A stretch of 64,000 nt of DNA from Phycisphaerales bacterium UBA5793 (GCA_002418285.1 DIDT01000032.1:78737-142736); one strand, 5' to 3'; positions 42,540 to 54,050 are shown, numbered from the stretch's first letter. Made by a program: numbers and translations. The notes: generated by a model not told the origin, from the letters alone.

Positions 42540-45356
42540 ATGGCCGGATCGACTTCGCACCCATTCAAGGCTCGCGCGGCGCTCAACGTCGGCGGCCGCT
42601 CGCTCCAGTATGCCTCGCTTCCCGCGCTGGCGGATCAGGGCTTGAGCCACGTCGATTCCCTGCCCTATTCAATTAAAGTGCTTCTCGAAGCGTGTCTGCG
42701 CAATTTTGACGGTTACGTGGTTTCCGAAGATGATGTCCGCGCTCTGGCCAACTACGACGCGACCAGGCCCGGCGATGTCGAGATCCCCTTCATGCCGGGC
42801 CGCGTCGTGCTGCAGGACTTCACCGGCGTGCCCGCCGTCGTCGACCTCGCCGCACTCCGCAGCGCCATGCAGCGCATGGGTGGCGATCCCAAGAAAGTCA
42901 ATCCGCTTGTACCCTGTGATCTTGTCATCGACCACTCCGTGCAGGTCGACGCCTTCAACTCCGGCGTCGCGCTGACCATCAACAGCGAAAAGGAATTCGA
43001 GCGCAACAACGAGCGCTACGAACTGCTCAAGTGGGCTCAGGGCGCCTTTGACAACTTCCGCGTCGTTCCGCCCGCCACGGGCATCGTCCACCAGGTCAAT
43101 CTCGAGTACCTCGCCAGGGGCGTGTGGGAGAAGGACGGCACGATGTATCCCGACAGCCTCGTCGGCACTGACAGCCACACGACCATGATCAACGGGCTTG
43201 GCGTCGTCGGCTGGGGTGTGGGCGGCATCGAAGCCGAAGCCGTCATGCTCGGGCAACCGATCTACATGCTCATCCCCGAAGTCGTCGGCATGAAACTCAC
43301 CGGCCGTCTCCCCGCTGGCGCCACGGCGACCGATCTCGTCCTCCGCGTGACTGAAATCCTCCGCGCCCACGGTGTGGTGGGTCGCTTCGTCGAGTACTAT
43401 GGGCCCGCGCTCGATTACCTGGCCGTCGCCGACCGCGCCACGCTGGCCAACATGGCGCCCGAATACGGCGCCACCATCGGCTTCTTCCCGGTCGATGCCC
43501 AGACGCTGCGCTACATGAAACTGACCGGTCGCGATGACAAACTCATCGAAGCTGTCGAAGCCTACTACAAGGCGCAGGGTATGTGGCGCGACGACTCCCG
43601 CAAGATCAAGTACACCTCGACGCTCGAACTCGATCTGAGCACCATCCAACCCTCCATCGCCGGCCCCAAGCGCCCGCAGGATCGCATTACGCTGACCGAA
43701 TCGCAGTCGCAGTGGAACCGTGATCTGTGTGATACATTTGGAAAATCCAGCGCCGGCGCACAAACCACGAAAAACAACTGGGCCAGCGAAGGCGGCACCG
43801 CCGCTGCCGGCGCAACCGCAGTGGCCTGCGCCGAACCGGAGACCGAAGGCGTCGGAGTTGAATACGACGGCCAGCAGTTCACGCTGAAGAACGGCCACGT
43901 CGTCATCGCGGCGATCACGAGTTGCACGAACACGAGTAATCCCAGCGTGATGATCGGTGCCGGTTTGCTCGCGCGCAATGCCGTCAAACGCGGCCTGACC
44001 CGTAAGCCCTGGGTGAAAACTTCCCTCGCACCCGGCTCCAAGGTCGTCACCGAATACCTCAACGCCGCCAATCTCACCCACGACCTCGAATCGCTCGGTT
44101 TCTACCTCGTCGGCTACGGCTGCACGACGTGCATCGGCAACAGCGGCCCGCTGCCGGATCCGATCAGCGCCGGAATCAAGGAAGGCGATCTCGTCGCTTG
44201 TGCTGTGCTCTCGGGCAACCGCAACTTCGAAGGTCGCATCAGTCCCGATGTCCGGGCCAACTACCTCGCCTCGCCGCCGCTTGTCGTTGCCTACGCCATC
44301 GCCGGCACGATGGACATCGATCTCACCGTCGATCCGATCGGCAAGGACCAGGATGGCAAAGACGTCTTTTTGAAGGACATCTGGCCAACTCAGGATGAAG
44401 TGAACAAGGCCGTCGAGCAGTTCGTCACCCGCAATCAGTTCATCGAGCAGTACGCCAACGTATTCGACGGTAGCAAAGAATGGCAGGCCATCGACGCAGG
44501 CAGCGGTTCGATCTACCAGTGGAACGAGCAGTCGACCTATGTGCAGGAGCCGCCCTTCTTCGTGGATATGCCAGCGCAGCCCGAGCCCATCAAGGCCATC
44601 AAGGGCGCACGCTGCCTCGTCAAGGTTGCCGACAGCGTGACGACTGATCACATCTCGCCCGCCGGCTCAATCAAGAAAGACTCGCCCGCAGGCAAGTACC
44701 TCACCGACCACGGCGTACCCGTCAGCCTCTTCAATTCATACGGCTCACGCCGCGGCAACGATCGCGTCATGACCCGCGGCACATTCGCCAACGTCCGCGT
44801 CAAGAACCAACTCGCCGGTGGCAAGGAAGGCGGGTTCACCAAATACCTCGGAAAGTCCAACGGCCTCAAGACCGGTGACATCACCACGATCTTCGAAGCA
44901 GCCGTCGCCTACGGCGCGTGTCAGACTTCGGAGAAAGATGTCAATCGACGCGCCGACGGCTGTCCGCTGGTGATCCTTGCCGGCAAGGACTACGGCATGG
45001 GCTCCAGCCGCGACTGGGCCGCAAAGGGCACTTTCCTTCTCGGTGCGCAAGCCGTCATCGCCGAGTCCTTCGAACGCATCCACCGCAGCAATCTCGTCGG
45101 AATGGGCGTGCTGCCGCTGACGTTCAAGAACGGCCAGACCGCTGCGTCGCTCGGCCTCGACGGCACCGAGACGTTCGATATCGAAATCGACGACTCTGTC
45201 AAGCCTCGCCAGGAAATCAAGGTTCGCGCCACCCGCAGCGACGGCAAGCCGATCGACTTCACCACCACCTGCCGCATCGATACGCCGGTCGAAGTGGAGT
45301 ACTACCGCAATGGCGGCATTCTCCACACCGTCCTGCGCAAGATGGCCAGCTCATGA
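42540..45356 (+). CDS. acnA: Aconitate hydratase A
   Basis: AGGAG lies 8 nt upstream. [79 protein letters not shown]. Confidence 0.95.
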   Translation: MAGSTSHPFKARAALNVGGRSLQYASLPALADQGLSHVDSLPYSIKVLLEACLRNFDGYVVSEDDVRALANYDATRPGDVEIPFMPGRVVLQDFTGVPAVVDLAALRSAMQRMGGDPKKVNPLVPCDLVIDHSVQVDAFNSGVALTINSEKEFERNNERYELLKWAQGAFDNFRVVPPATGIVHQVNLEYLARGVWEKDGTMYPDSLVGTDSHTTMINGLGVVGWGVGGIEAEAVMLGQPIYMLIPEVVGMKLTGRLPAGATATDLVLRVTEILRAHGVVGRFVEYYGPALDYLAVADRATLANMAPEYGATIGFFPVDAQTLRYMKLTGRDDKLIEAVEAYYKAQGMWRDDSRKIKYTSTLELDLSTIQPSIAGPKRPQDRITLTESQSQWNRDLCDTFGKSSAGAQTTKNNWASEGGTAAAGATAVACAEPETEGVGVEYDGQQFTLKNGHVVIAAITSCTNTSNPSVMIGAGLLARNAVKRGLTRKPWVKTSLAPGSKVVTEYLNAANLTHDLESLGFYLVGYGCTTCIGNSGPLPDPISAGIKEGDLVACAVLSGNRNFEGRISPDVRANYLASPPLVVAYAIAGTMDIDLTVDPIGKDQDGKDVFLKDIWPTQDEVNKAVEQFVTRNQFIEQYANVFDGSKEWQAIDAGSGSIYQWNEQSTYVQEPPFFVDMPAQPEPIKAIKGARCLVKVADSVTTDHISPAGSIKKDSPAGKYLTDHGVPVSLFNSYGSRRGNDRVMTRGTFANVRVKNQLAGGKEGGFTKYLGKSNGLKTGDITTIFEAAVAYGACQTSEKDVNRRADGCPLVILAGKDYGMGSSRDWAAKGTFLLGAQAVIAESFERIHRSNLVGMGVLPLTFKNGQTAASLGLDGTETFDIEIDDSVKPRQEIKVRATRSDGKPIDFTTTCRIDTPVEVEYYRNGGILHTVLRKMASS

Positions 45357-45405
45357 CGGCCAACAAAGTGACCTGAACTCAATCCTCGACCTGCGGCAAC
45401 AGCGC

Positions 45406-47898
45406 CTACTTGGTAATGTCGAACGCGTCAAGCCCCACGGTTGTGCCGTTCGAGAGTGGGTTCTTGGTCACCGTGACGCGGATGTTCACGAAGTGCGGCC
45501 CTTCGTCCAGGTTGTTCGCGCTCAGCAGTTCAGCGACGAACTCCATGGACTCGCTGTACAGGTCGACCATGCCGAGCGATTGTCCGTCGAGCGTGACCTC
45601 TGCAATGCCCATATCCGGGCCACGCAAGCCGACCCATGAGACACTCGTTCCCACGAACCAGAAATCGATGCTGGCGTCGGGAATGGTGGATAACCGCATC
45701 CAGCCCGCACTGAACGCGCGGCTGCGAAGAATATCCCATCCTCCCGCGTATTCGATGGACTGGTTGTAGTCTTCGTAGCGCAGGCCGTTGGCTTCGATCT
45801 GCGTCCACGTGTCTCCCTCGTCCTCTGACTGGAAGAGTTGGTCATCCGATGCGAGGTAGATCAGGCCATCGGTGGCAAAGTCCGGAGAGAATCGGATCGC
45901 CCCGGCTTCATGGCCGGCCTGGAGCAGTTCCGGAGCGATCCACTCCCACGATTCACCTCGATCCCGACTGCGCAGCAGCCCCAGTCCCTTCGATCCGGCG
46001 AGCATCAAACCGTCCTGGGCAAACTCAGGAGAGAGTTGCAGGGCCCTGATATTCGCGTTGGCGATCTTCGGATCCGCGTCGAGTTTGGTCCACGTGGCGC
46101 CGATGTCGGAAGTGAAGTACAGACCGTCGCGCGCCGCTGCATACAGCGTTCGGTCGTTCGCGAAGTCGGGAGAAATCGAGAGTTTGATGTAGTCCAGCGC
46201 GCCTAGTCCCTCATTGACGGATTCCCACGTCCCGCCGCCATCGGTGCTCCGAATCACACCTCCGCCGTCGACCGTGGCAAAGACCGTCCGGTCGCTCGCG
46301 AATGCAGGCGAAACGGCGATGGACGGCACGAACCCCGCAGTCTGGTTGATCTGTTCAAAACTGCGGCCGGCGTCCGTCGTCCGGTAGATCCCGTCGGTTC
46401 GCGTCCCGATGAAAATCGTGCGATCCGAAGCAAACTGCGGCGAGAATTCCGCCGTGGTGGGAAACACCTGCGGGCCAATGGTCAATGCATTCCACCAGGC
46501 GCCTCCGACTTCCGAGTAGAGCAGCGTCTCCATGTGCAGCGCGATGGCGGTGTCATCATGTACGAAGTCTGGCGAGAGGTAGACGAGGTAGACATAGGGA
46601 TTCAGGATCCCCAGGTTGCGCACGTCCCAGGATTCTCCGCCGTCCTCGGAGGCGTACAGCCCGGCCCCGTAGCGACTCATGATGATGAACATCGATCCGG
46701 ATTGACGGCGCCGAACATCGAAACCCGAGACGACCCAGGGTGAGCGCGACTCCAGCTCGACCCACGAGTTTCCGCCGTCGTCGCTCCTGGCAATCCCGAA
46801 AAAGCCACCGACGAACACCGTTCGATCCGACGCATAGTCGTTGGAGATACGGATGTAGCGGAAGCTGTCGCTGGACTGGTCGGTCCCGTGGAGTCCATGA
46901 CCCTTGTACGTCCACGTCGCGCCGGCGTTCGTGGACTTGTACACCGCTTCCTGCCCAGCGCAGCAGAACAGCGTTCGATCTCGCTCGAAATTCGGCGACG
47001 CCTTCACGTCGTAGATGGTTAGCGCGTGCAACCCCTGGTTGGATGGGGCGAAGGTCAGTGCCAGATCACGGCTGATCAGCACACCTTCCCCAAGAACGCT
47101 GAGAATGATCAGGACGCGGGAATGATCGCGCGCGATCTCGATCGCGGTGATCGGCTGGTAGGTGGGAACCGATCGCAATGCCCAGTGAGCGCCCGAGTCC
47201 CTTGACACCGCCAGGCCGCCGCGCGCTTCGGCAATGAGCACGATGCCGTCGTGCGCAAAGTCAGGCGAGAATTTGATCGCCGTGATCTGGATTGGAGCGC
47301 CAAGCACCTGGCGCCAAGTCTCGCCCGCGTCGGTTGAACGGTACAGTCCGCCCGTCGAGCCGGCAGCCAGAACCACGATCTTCCCGTTTGCTCCAACATC
47401 GCACGCGACCAGGCTAATGCTCGAGGTGGAAAGGCCAACACCGATGTGCTGCCATGAATCCCCGGAATCGACCGACCGGTACATGCCGTCACCGTCCGAG
47501 GCGAGAAAGACCGTCCCGTCCTCCGAGAATGCAGGAGACACGGCGAACGAAGTCAACTGTCCTCCATTGTCCATCCCCGCAACCATGCGCCTCCAGGTCC
47601 AGCCGCCATCGAGGGATCGAATCGCAGTCGAGTGATTGTCCGTCGAGATCGCAGCGAACATCACACCATCTTCCGATAACCGGGGCGAAAGAGCCATGGT
47701 GCTGATGGCATCGTGTGGCTGGTGCTGCACCTGAGCCTGACCAAAGGCAGTGCTCGCTACTCCGAGTGTGAGAACAAGCATGATCAAAAACTGCACACAA
47801 CAGGCTGCCAGCCGGCTTGCGGCAATTGGATGGATAGATCTTGTTTTCACGATTTGGTGCCCCTCCCGGCTAACTTGGCGATTGGGTGCCGACCCCAC
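45406..47898 (-). CDS. Secreted BNR/Asp-box (sortilin-type) repeat protein with a C-terminal beta-sandwich-like domain
   Basis: At least 12 Asp-boxes S-x-D-x-G-x-(T/S)-W: SLDGGWTW, SVDSGDSW, STDAGETW, SRDSGAHW, STNAGATW, SDDGGNSW, SEDGGESW, STDGGGTW, TSDIGATW, SRDRGESW, SEDEGDTW. N-terminal hydrophobic signal/anchor. Confidence 0.85.
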   Translation of the reverse strand: MGSAPNRQVSREGHQIVKTRSIHPIAASRLAACCVQFLIMLVLTLGVASTAFGQAQVQHQPHDAISTMALSPRLSEDGVMFAAISTDNHSTAIRSLDGGWTWRRMVAGMDNGGQLTSFAVSPAFSEDGTVFLASDGDGMYRSVDSGDSWQHIGVGLSTSSISLVACDVGANGKIVVLAAGSTGGLYRSTDAGETWRQVLGAPIQITAIKFSPDFAHDGIVLIAEARGGLAVSRDSGAHWALRSVPTYQPITAIEIARDHSRVLIILSVLGEGVLISRDLALTFAPSNQGLHALTIYDVKASPNFERDRTLFCCAGQEAVYKSTNAGATWTYKGHGLHGTDQSSDSFRYIRISNDYASDRTVFVGGFFGIARSDDGGNSWVELESRSPWVVSGFDVRRRQSGSMFIIMSRYGAGLYASEDGGESWDVRNLGILNPYVYLVYLSPDFVHDDTAIALHMETLLYSEVGGAWWNALTIGPQVFPTTAEFSPQFASDRTIFIGTRTDGIYRTTDAGRSFEQINQTAGFVPSIAVSPAFASDRTVFATVDGGGVIRSTDGGGTWESVNEGLGALDYIKLSISPDFANDRTLYAAARDGLYFTSDIGATWTKLDADPKIANANIRALQLSPEFAQDGLMLAGSKGLGLLRSRDRGESWEWIAPELLQAGHEAGAIRFSPDFATDGLIYLASDDQLFQSEDEGDTWTQIEANGLRYEDYNQSIEYAGGWDILRSRAFSAGWMRLSTIPDASIDFWFVGTSVSWVGLRGPDMGIAEVTLDGQSLGMVDLYSESMEFVAELLSANNLDEGPHFVNIRVTVTKNPLSNGTTVGLDAFDITK

Positions 47899-48054
47899 CC
47901 CACGCGCCAGATGACAAATCGTGGGTCCGAAGCAACAACCCAGTTCAAATGACTGGATGTTCCACCAATGTCCGCAAACGCTCGAAAAAAACGGGGCTTC
48001 GGCCGCCTCCGGCTTCGAACCGGATGGAACACAGCTTCGCTGTACACCGGATTA

Positions 48055-48834
48055 TCACGCGAGCCCGCGCAGCGCGGTGCCGATGCCGAATGCCATCGCA
48101 GCAGCAATGCCGCCGATGATGAGCGTCTCAATACTCGATCGCCACCAGGACTCGTCGACGAACGGACTCTTCACGGCACCGACGATCACGAATGCCGCTC
48201 CGGTCATCGCGGCGCTCCATTCGAATTTGAAGGAACCAAAGGTACCCGGGATGAGCAGGTCGATCACGTATGGCAGCAAGGGAATGAACCCAATGAGCAC
48301 AAACGCGATGAAGGTCATGAGTCCCGCGCGCCAGGGAGTAACGCCTTCCAGCGCCAGACCATGCTCCTCAGTCAGCATCGTATCCACCCAGCGCTTGGGA
48401 TCGGCCGTGATGACATCGACGACCATGTCGAGTTGCTCGCCAGTGAATCCCTTTCCCGCGAAGAGCTGCCGAATTTCCTCGCGCTCGCCCTCCGGGATCG
48501 TCTTGATGTGCATCTCCTCGGTCCGCCGGGTGCGATGGCGGATCTGGTGATCAGCCCGCGTGCCGAGGTAGTTGCTGATCGCCATGGAGAATCCGTCGGC
48601 GAAGAGATTGCCCAGCCCGAGGATGATCACCACACCAAGGGGCAGATCGGCGCCGACCACGCCCGCCACGACCGCAAACGTCGTCACCGCGCCGTCGATC
48701 GCGCCGTAGATGAAGTCCCGCAGATAACTGTGTTTCATCCCCGCGTTCAAGCGGCTCTGTATCGCCTCGGGTGTGTGGTCCCGGTCCAGGCGGGCGCGCA
48801 CTGCAGGCGGCAGGTCATGTCGCAGACGACTCAT
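48055..48834 (-). CDS. VIT1/CCC1-family iron/manganese transporter
   Basis: [27 protein letters not shown], a central cytoplasmic metal-binding-type segment ([18 protein letters not shown]), and C-terminal TM helices. Confidence 0.88.
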   Translation of the reverse strand: MSRLRHDLPPAVRARLDRDHTPEAIQSRLNAGMKHSYLRDFIYGAIDGAVTTFAVVAGVVGADLPLGVVIILGLGNLFADGFSMAISNYLGTRADHQIRHRTRRTEEMHIKTIPEGEREEIRQLFAGKGFTGEQLDMVVDVITADPKRWVDTMLTEEHGLALEGVTPWRAGLMTFIAFVLIGFIPLLPYVIDLLIPGTFGSFKFEWSAAMTGAAFVIVGAVKSPFVDESWWRSSIETLIIGGIAAAMAFGIGTALRGLA

Positions 48835-48897
48835 GCACTGTTTTAGCAGGGGGAGGACGATGGGGCGAGATGGAAGTTCGCCCCGGAACCACCCGCG

Positions 48898-49224
48898 CTA
48901 CTCACCCGTGAGATCAGAAAGCAGCGAGCCCTGTCCCGTTCGCGCCACAATGTGTGCGATTACGGCGCCCGCCTGTCCCTCCGCCTTCGTGATGCGGCGC
49001 TGCTCGCGAAATGCGCGCATGACTTCTTCAAGAGACCGTCCCGGCGGATGTGTCGCGCGACCGATCGCCTGCGCCCTGGAATTTCGCGCCGCTCCAACAG
49101 CTGCCGGATCGTCAGAATGATCAGGCGACGCCGTCTCACTCGGCGCGCAGAGAATCTCAGCAGGCGCTGCAGGCGCGATCGTGGGCGCACCTGCATGGTT
49201 CGTTTTGATACTCTCGTGTGGCAT
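48898..49224 (-). CDS. Hypothetical 108-aa protein, probably co-transcribed with VIT1
   Basis: ATG 49224 lies 8 nt after AAGGAG, 63 nt upstream of the VIT1 start on the same strand. No motif recognised. Confidence 0.5.
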   Translation of the reverse strand: MPHESIKTNHAGAPTIAPAAPAEILCAPSETASPDHSDDPAAVGAARNSRAQAIGRATHPPGRSLEEVMRAFREQRRITKAEGQAGAVIAHIVARTGQGSLLSDLTGE

Positions 49225-49617
49225 TGAATCATCTCCTTCTCTCCGGGTAAAACGAGTCCGGCGCTGACCCTCCATGCGCAGTGCTCTGAGAGCCGTCCCC
49301 TCGCAAAGGAACGCGGGCAGCCAAAGCTGCTTCGCGCCGCAAGCGGCTCTGCGAAGACGCAGCACGATTTCAGGTTCAACGCCGGACTCGGTACATCTCC
49401 AGCCCTCCAGCTGGAATACTCTCGCGTCACGAGGGACACGGCAGGCGCCGCGACGTGGCGGTCATAGATGTATCGTCAGTTGTCGCTTTTGTTCATCAGT
49501 CGAATCAACGTCCTTTCGGGACACGTTGCGCAGATAGGGAACTTTCCCCTCTTGCGGTGGTATGCGCATCGAGAAAGTGGTGCGCAAACGGTGGATGCGC
49601 TGTGACTACGATGTGAC

Positions 49618-50142
49618 ATGAACGCCACATACTGTATCGAATCGCTTGTGCGTTTTCCCGATGTGCTCCGCGCGGTCATCAATGGAGTTGACAATGGCAC
49701 ATTGGGCAAACGGGGCGGTGAGGATGGCAAGGCTTGGTCCATCGTTGAAATCCTCTGTCACCTCGCGGATGAAGAGACTGAAGACTTCCGCGTGCGACTC
49801 GAATTGACGTTGACCCATCCCGCGGCAACATGGCCGGGCATTGATCCCGAAGGCGTAGCCAAGTCACGCGATTACCAGAAACAGGATCCGCATGAAGCAC
49901 TCGATCGATTCATCGCGGCACGCGTTGTGAATCTGCGATGGCTCAAGTCGCTTGACGCGCCGGATTGGTCCATTGAACATGCGCATCCTCGCATTGGGAA
50001 CATCTCTGCGGGAGATCTGCTCGCTTCTTGGGCCGCTCATGATCTGCTTCATCTGCGCCAGATTACCAAGCGGCTCTTTGAACGCGTTTCCGAAAGCGCG
50101 CAGCCGTACTCCACGGGCTATGCGGGCCAGTGGGCGATCTGA
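49618..50142 (+). CDS. DinB-superfamily (DinB_2-like) metal-dependent four-helix protein
   Basis: His triad context: WSIVEILCHLADEE..., ...AAHDLLHLRQI. Confidence 0.8.
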   Translation: MNATYCIESLVRFPDVLRAVINGVDNGTLGKRGGEDGKAWSIVEILCHLADEETEDFRVRLELTLTHPAATWPGIDPEGVAKSRDYQKQDPHEALDRFIAARVVNLRWLKSLDAPDWSIEHAHPRIGNISAGDLLASWAAHDLLHLRQITKRLFERVSESAQPYSTGYAGQWAI

Positions 50143-50283
50143 CACGTCCGGCTATCCGCGAGCCTTCGAATGGACCGGGGAAACTACCCTGAATACGATC
50201 GGAAAGTCCGTTTAGACGCTGCTTCATAGCGGAAAACAGGCAAACTGAAGGGCAGCGAGTGGAGTCGTACCCCGCTCCAGCCT

Positions 50284-50619
50284 ATGAATACCACGGTGAT
50301 TGAGAACCAGTCTCAATTGCAACTGCGAGAAACGGACCCGCCAATGGCCATTTCTGACTCCGTCAACCAGCCCTCAGCCGAACCCATCGCGATCAGCCTG
50401 ACTCAGCTCAACCGCGGTCAGAGCGCCACGTTTCACAGGGCTGATTTGCGCTGTGAGGATTGCGACATGCTCAACGCCATGGGCATGACCGATCGCTGCC
50501 AGTTGAAGATCTGCAAGATCGGAGACCCCTGGATCGTCCAGGTGAAGTCCACTCGCATTGGCCTGGCCAAGAGCCTGGCACAGCGGATATTTGTCCTTCC
50601 TCCAATGTTGCGGCCGTAA
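50284..50619 (+). CDS. feoA: FeoA (SH3-like ferrous iron transport protein A)
   Basis: LTQLNRGQSATFHRADL...LNAMGMTDRCQLKICKIGDPWIVQVKSTRIGLAKSLAQRIFV. The start may be ATG 50344. Confidence 0.8.
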   Translation: MNTTVIENQSQLQLRETDPPMAISDSVNQPSAEPIAISLTQLNRGQSATFHRADLRCEDCDMLNAMGMTDRCQLKICKIGDPWIVQVKSTRIGLAKSLAQRIFVLPPMLRP

Positions 50620-50620
50620 C

Positions 50621-52702
50621 ATGACCCGTCTCAACTCGGACAGCGCGACAGCCGTCCGTGAGGCCGCGCAAAAGCGGCCCGCCCACTTGCACGAGAATCG
50701 CGAATTGCGAGTCGGCCTGTTTGGAAATCCCAATACCGGAAAGACAACGCTCTTCAACCGCCTGTGCGGCCTGCGCGCCAAGACCGCCAACTTTCCCGGC
50801 GTGACGGCTGAGGCTCGCGTTGGTCATTGTGCATCCGAACGTCACACACCCGTGGCCTTCGAGATCATCGATCTCCCGGGCATCTATCGCCTCACACTCG
50901 AAGTTCCTGAGTCGAGAGTGTGCCGTGACATTGTGCAAGGCAGCGCGCTGTACCAGCGGCCGGACGCAGTGCTCATCGTCGTCGACGCCACGAATCTGCC
51001 GCGCAATCTGCTTCTCGTCGGCGAGTTGCTCGCGCAGGGGCTGCCAACTGTTGTCGCGCTCAACATGATTGACCTCGCCCAGCGTCGAGGGCTGACCATC
51101 GATGCCGCCGAACTCTCCCGACAAATCGGCTGCCCGGTGATTCCGACCATGGCCCGCAAGGGGACCGGTGTCGCGGAGATCAAATCGGCCCTGATTGGTG
51201 CCGTGACCGACTGCACCACGAGTCGAGAAGCTGCGGAGGAACATTCCTCGCTTGAGAGCCTGGCGGCCATTGCATCCAACCCCGCGCGGCTCGAGGAATG
51301 GGCCGATCGGGCCGTGGCCGCCAGCGTTGGCGGGACCGATGCGGTGGGGGAGGCCAGCGATACTGTCACCGAGCGTCTCGACAAGGCGTTTACTCACCCC
51401 GTTCTCGGACTGCTGATATTTGCCGGCGTCATGGCTGGACTCTTCACTGTCATCTTCCAGATGGCGACAATCCCCATGGACTTCATCGAGAGTCTCTTTG
51501 GTGCACTGGGTAACTGGGTCAGCACCACGCTGCCCCCGGGGGCCATCAACGATCTGCTTGCGCAGGGCGTGATCGGCGGCGTTGGCGCTACAGTCGTGTT
51601 CCTTCCGCAGATCTGCCTGCTCTTTTTTCTCATCAGCCTCCTCGAAGACACCGGCTACCTCGCGCGCGCCGCGTTCGTCATGGACCGCATCATGTGTCGC
51701 TTCGGCCTGCCCGGTCAGGCATTTGTGCCGCTGCTTTCCAGCCATGCGTGCGCTCTGCCCGGCATCATGTCCGCCAAACTCATTCCCGATCGTCACGATC
51801 GCCTCGCAACGATTCTCGTCGCTCCGTTCATGAGTTGCTCGGCTCGCGTGCCTGTTTACGTACTGCTGACAAGCCTGCTCTTCCGTGATCGGCCCTGGCT
51901 CGCCGGTCTGGCGTTTTTCGGCTGCTATCTCCTCGGCGCCGCCGCAGGACTCATTAGCGCCTTCATCGCGCGCCGCACCATCCTGCGCGGCCGGTCGCGC
52001 CCAATGGTTCTCGAGCTGCCATCGTACAAGATGCCTGCGCTGCGCACCGCCCTCTGGGCCACGCTCGATCGCGGCCTCGTGTTTCTTAAGAATGCCGGCA
52101 CGATCATCCTTGCGATCAGCGTCGTGCTTTGGTGGCTGAGCGCCTATCCCCACACCGACCCGCCGCAGGAAGCCGTGCAGATGCGCCACCAGGCGAGCGA
52201 GGTCATGCCCACCGATCCGCAGGCCGCTAAAGCACTCAATGTCCAGGCAAATCGCCTCGAGGCCAGCAATGCCACGCGCGAGAGCTACGCGGGTCGGCTC
52301 GGCCGCATCATCCAGCCCGTTTTTGCGCCGCTGGGTTACGACTGGCAGCTCACCGTTGGCGTGCTGACCAGCTTCGCGGCGCGCGAAGTCTTTGTCGCCA
52401 CGATGTCGATTCTCCTCACCGGTGATGAGGACGCCGACGTCAGCGAGGACTCGGGACTCATCGACCGCATCCGTGGTGCCACGCGCGATGACGGCACGAC
52501 ACCGGTTTTCACTGCCGCCACGAGCGCCAGCGTGCTCGTCTTCTTCGTGCTGGCCATGCAGTGTCTGTCGACACTCGTTGTCACGCGCCGCGAAACCGGT
52601 AGCTGGAAATGGGCTGGTCTGCAACTGGGTTACATGTCTGTCCTGGCTTGGGTCGCCGCGTTCATCACCTACCAAGGCCTCACCTTGATGGGGGTGTCGT
52701 AA
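50621..52702 (+). CDS. feoB: Full-length FeoB ferrous iron transporter
   Basis: ATG 50621 lies 1 nt after the feoA stop. G1 GNPNTGKTT, G3 DLPGIY, G4 NMID, then the polytopic membrane domain. The track start at 50558 is an upstream extension. Confidence 0.93.
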   Translation: MTRLNSDSATAVREAAQKRPAHLHENRELRVGLFGNPNTGKTTLFNRLCGLRAKTANFPGVTAEARVGHCASERHTPVAFEIIDLPGIYRLTLEVPESRVCRDIVQGSALYQRPDAVLIVVDATNLPRNLLLVGELLAQGLPTVVALNMIDLAQRRGLTIDAAELSRQIGCPVIPTMARKGTGVAEIKSALIGAVTDCTTSREAAEEHSSLESLAAIASNPARLEEWADRAVAASVGGTDAVGEASDTVTERLDKAFTHPVLGLLIFAGVMAGLFTVIFQMATIPMDFIESLFGALGNWVSTTLPPGAINDLLAQGVIGGVGATVVFLPQICLLFFLISLLEDTGYLARAAFVMDRIMCRFGLPGQAFVPLLSSHACALPGIMSAKLIPDRHDRLATILVAPFMSCSARVPVYVLLTSLLFRDRPWLAGLAFFGCYLLGAAAGLISAFIARRTILRGRSRPMVLELPSYKMPALRTALWATLDRGLVFLKNAGTIILAISVVLWWLSAYPHTDPPQEAVQMRHQASEVMPTDPQAAKALNVQANRLEASNATRESYAGRLGRIIQPVFAPLGYDWQLTVGVLTSFAAREVFVATMSILLTGDEDADVSEDSGLIDRIRGATRDDGTTPVFTAATSASVLVFFVLAMQCLSTLVVTRRETGSWKWAGLQLGYMSVLAWVAAFITYQGLTLMGVS

Positions 52703-52896
52703 TGCCTGACCTGCCACTGGGAGACTGGCAGTTCTACGTCGTCACCGGCGCGGCTCTGGGAGCGATCTGGCTCATCATTCGCCCCTTCCTGCCCCGCAAG
52801 GGTGGGTCGACCAGCTGCCCGAACTGCGCTGATGGCGCTGCGTCGAAACAGCGCCGGCGCAAAACGGGCCTGACGGTCGAAGGCCGGCGGATTTGA
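52702..52896 (+). CDS. Small FeoB-associated Cys-rich membrane protein (64 aa)
   Basis: The ATG shares one base with the feoB TAA (TAATG). One TM helix FYVVTGAALGAIWLIIRPFL, then SCPNC and a basic tail. This layout matches my memory of the FeoB-associated Cys-rich membrane protein family. It is hidden inside the longer track ORF 52609..52896. Confidence 0.6.
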   Translation: MPDLPLGDWQFYVVTGAALGAIWLIIRPFLPRKGGSTSCPNCADGAASKQRRRKTGLTVEGRRI

Positions 52897-52944
52897 AGTC
52901 AACCCGCTTGCTTCCGCGCGACTGATCCTCTATGACACTCCCGC

Positions 52945-53985
52945 ATGGCCAAGCGCAGCGCATCAAATTCGAAGAAGGGAAGCAGCGGCGGCGGCACGCT
53001 CGACGACTCCGTCCGCATGCTCATCCTCCACGGTCCGGAGAACTACCTCCGGACCGAGAAACTCCGCGCCCTGCGCGAGGCAATCGAGACCAGACACGGC
53101 GAAGTGGATGTCCTGCACTTTGATGGCGCCAGTGCCACTGCGGCCGATGTTCTCGACGAGGCGCGCAGCCTCGGTCTGATGCAACAATACAAGATCATCG
53201 TCGTCGATGAAGCCGACGAGTTCCTCAAGCGAGGCGACAACCGTCGCGGCATGGAACGCTACACGGAGTCTCCCGTCGAGTCTGTCACCCTCGTGCTTCG
53301 CTCGGCGACCTGGCACCCCGGCAGGCTCGACAAGATGGCCGAGTCAATCGGCCTGGTGGTCAAGTGCGAAGAACTTGACGTGCCGATGGCCGTGGCCTTC
53401 TGCATACAGCGCTGCGCCAAGCGCTACGGCTGCACGATCGACTCCCGTGCTGCCAACCTGCTCGTTGAGCGCATAGGAGCGAGTCTCGCCCGTTTGGACA
53501 CCGAACTGGCTCGCCTCTCGCTCATGACGGAGACCGAAGGCGGCGTCATCGATCTCAATCTTGTCACCGACCAGATTCAACTCTCCCGTGAAGAAAAGGC
53601 ATGGGAGGTGCAGGGAGCGCTGCTCACCGGCAACGGACCCACCGCACTAGGCAAGATCATCGAACTCATGACCGTCAGCCGCCTCGATCCTGTCCCCATC
53701 TTCTACGCCATGACCGATCTGTCGCGCAAGATTTACGCGGCCCGTCGCCTTTTCGACGCCGGGCAAAGCGAAGGCGCCATTCGGAGCCAGCTCCGGCTGT
53801 GGGGACCATCAGTCAACGCGCTGCTCGCGGCTGCCCGACGTGCGAACGGCCCCGATCTCGCCAGCCTCGTGCACGATTGCATTCAGGCCGTTCACCGCCC
53901 GCGCCAGAGCATGGGGACCTCTGAACGGGCGGTCGAGCAATTGGCCATTCGATTTCTGTCGGTCCTCGGCCCGGCCGGACGATGA
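52945..53985 (+). CDS. holA: DNA polymerase III delta subunit
   Basis: LILHGPENYLRTEKLRALREAI..., KIIVVDEADEFL, and a C-terminal helical domain. Size and pattern are typical of HolA. Confidence 0.85.
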   Translation: MAKRSASNSKKGSSGGGTLDDSVRMLILHGPENYLRTEKLRALREAIETRHGEVDVLHFDGASATAADVLDEARSLGLMQQYKIIVVDEADEFLKRGDNRRGMERYTESPVESVTLVLRSATWHPGRLDKMAESIGLVVKCEELDVPMAVAFCIQRCAKRYGCTIDSRAANLLVERIGASLARLDTELARLSLMTETEGGVIDLNLVTDQIQLSREEKAWEVQGALLTGNGPTALGKIIELMTVSRLDPVPIFYAMTDLSRKIYAARRLFDAGQSEGAIRSQLRLWGPSVNALLAAARRANGPDLASLVHDCIQAVHRPRQSMGTSERAVEQLAIRFLSVLGPAGR

Positions 53986-54050
53986 ACCCCTGTGCAATTC
54001 ACTTCTCGACACTGGCCAGGATGGCCGCATAACAGCAGGAGGCTGAGTCG

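Noticed and set aside
42669-44651. 660-aa - strand ORF
   Set aside because: Antisense to aconitase (acnA), which carries all the canonical aconitase motifs on the + strand.
49225-49617. Possible Mn (yybP-ykoY-type) riboswitch in the 393-nt region upstream of the small-ORF/VIT1 operon
   Set aside because: I read the minus-strand leader and did not find the conserved GGGGAGUAG / GAGAC-type core as I remember it. A stretch GCGAGGGGACGGC is only superficially similar. An Infernal/Rfam scan would be the decisive test.
50471-52717. 748-aa - strand ORF
   Set aside because: Antisense to the full-length feoB. No motifs, and shadow composition.
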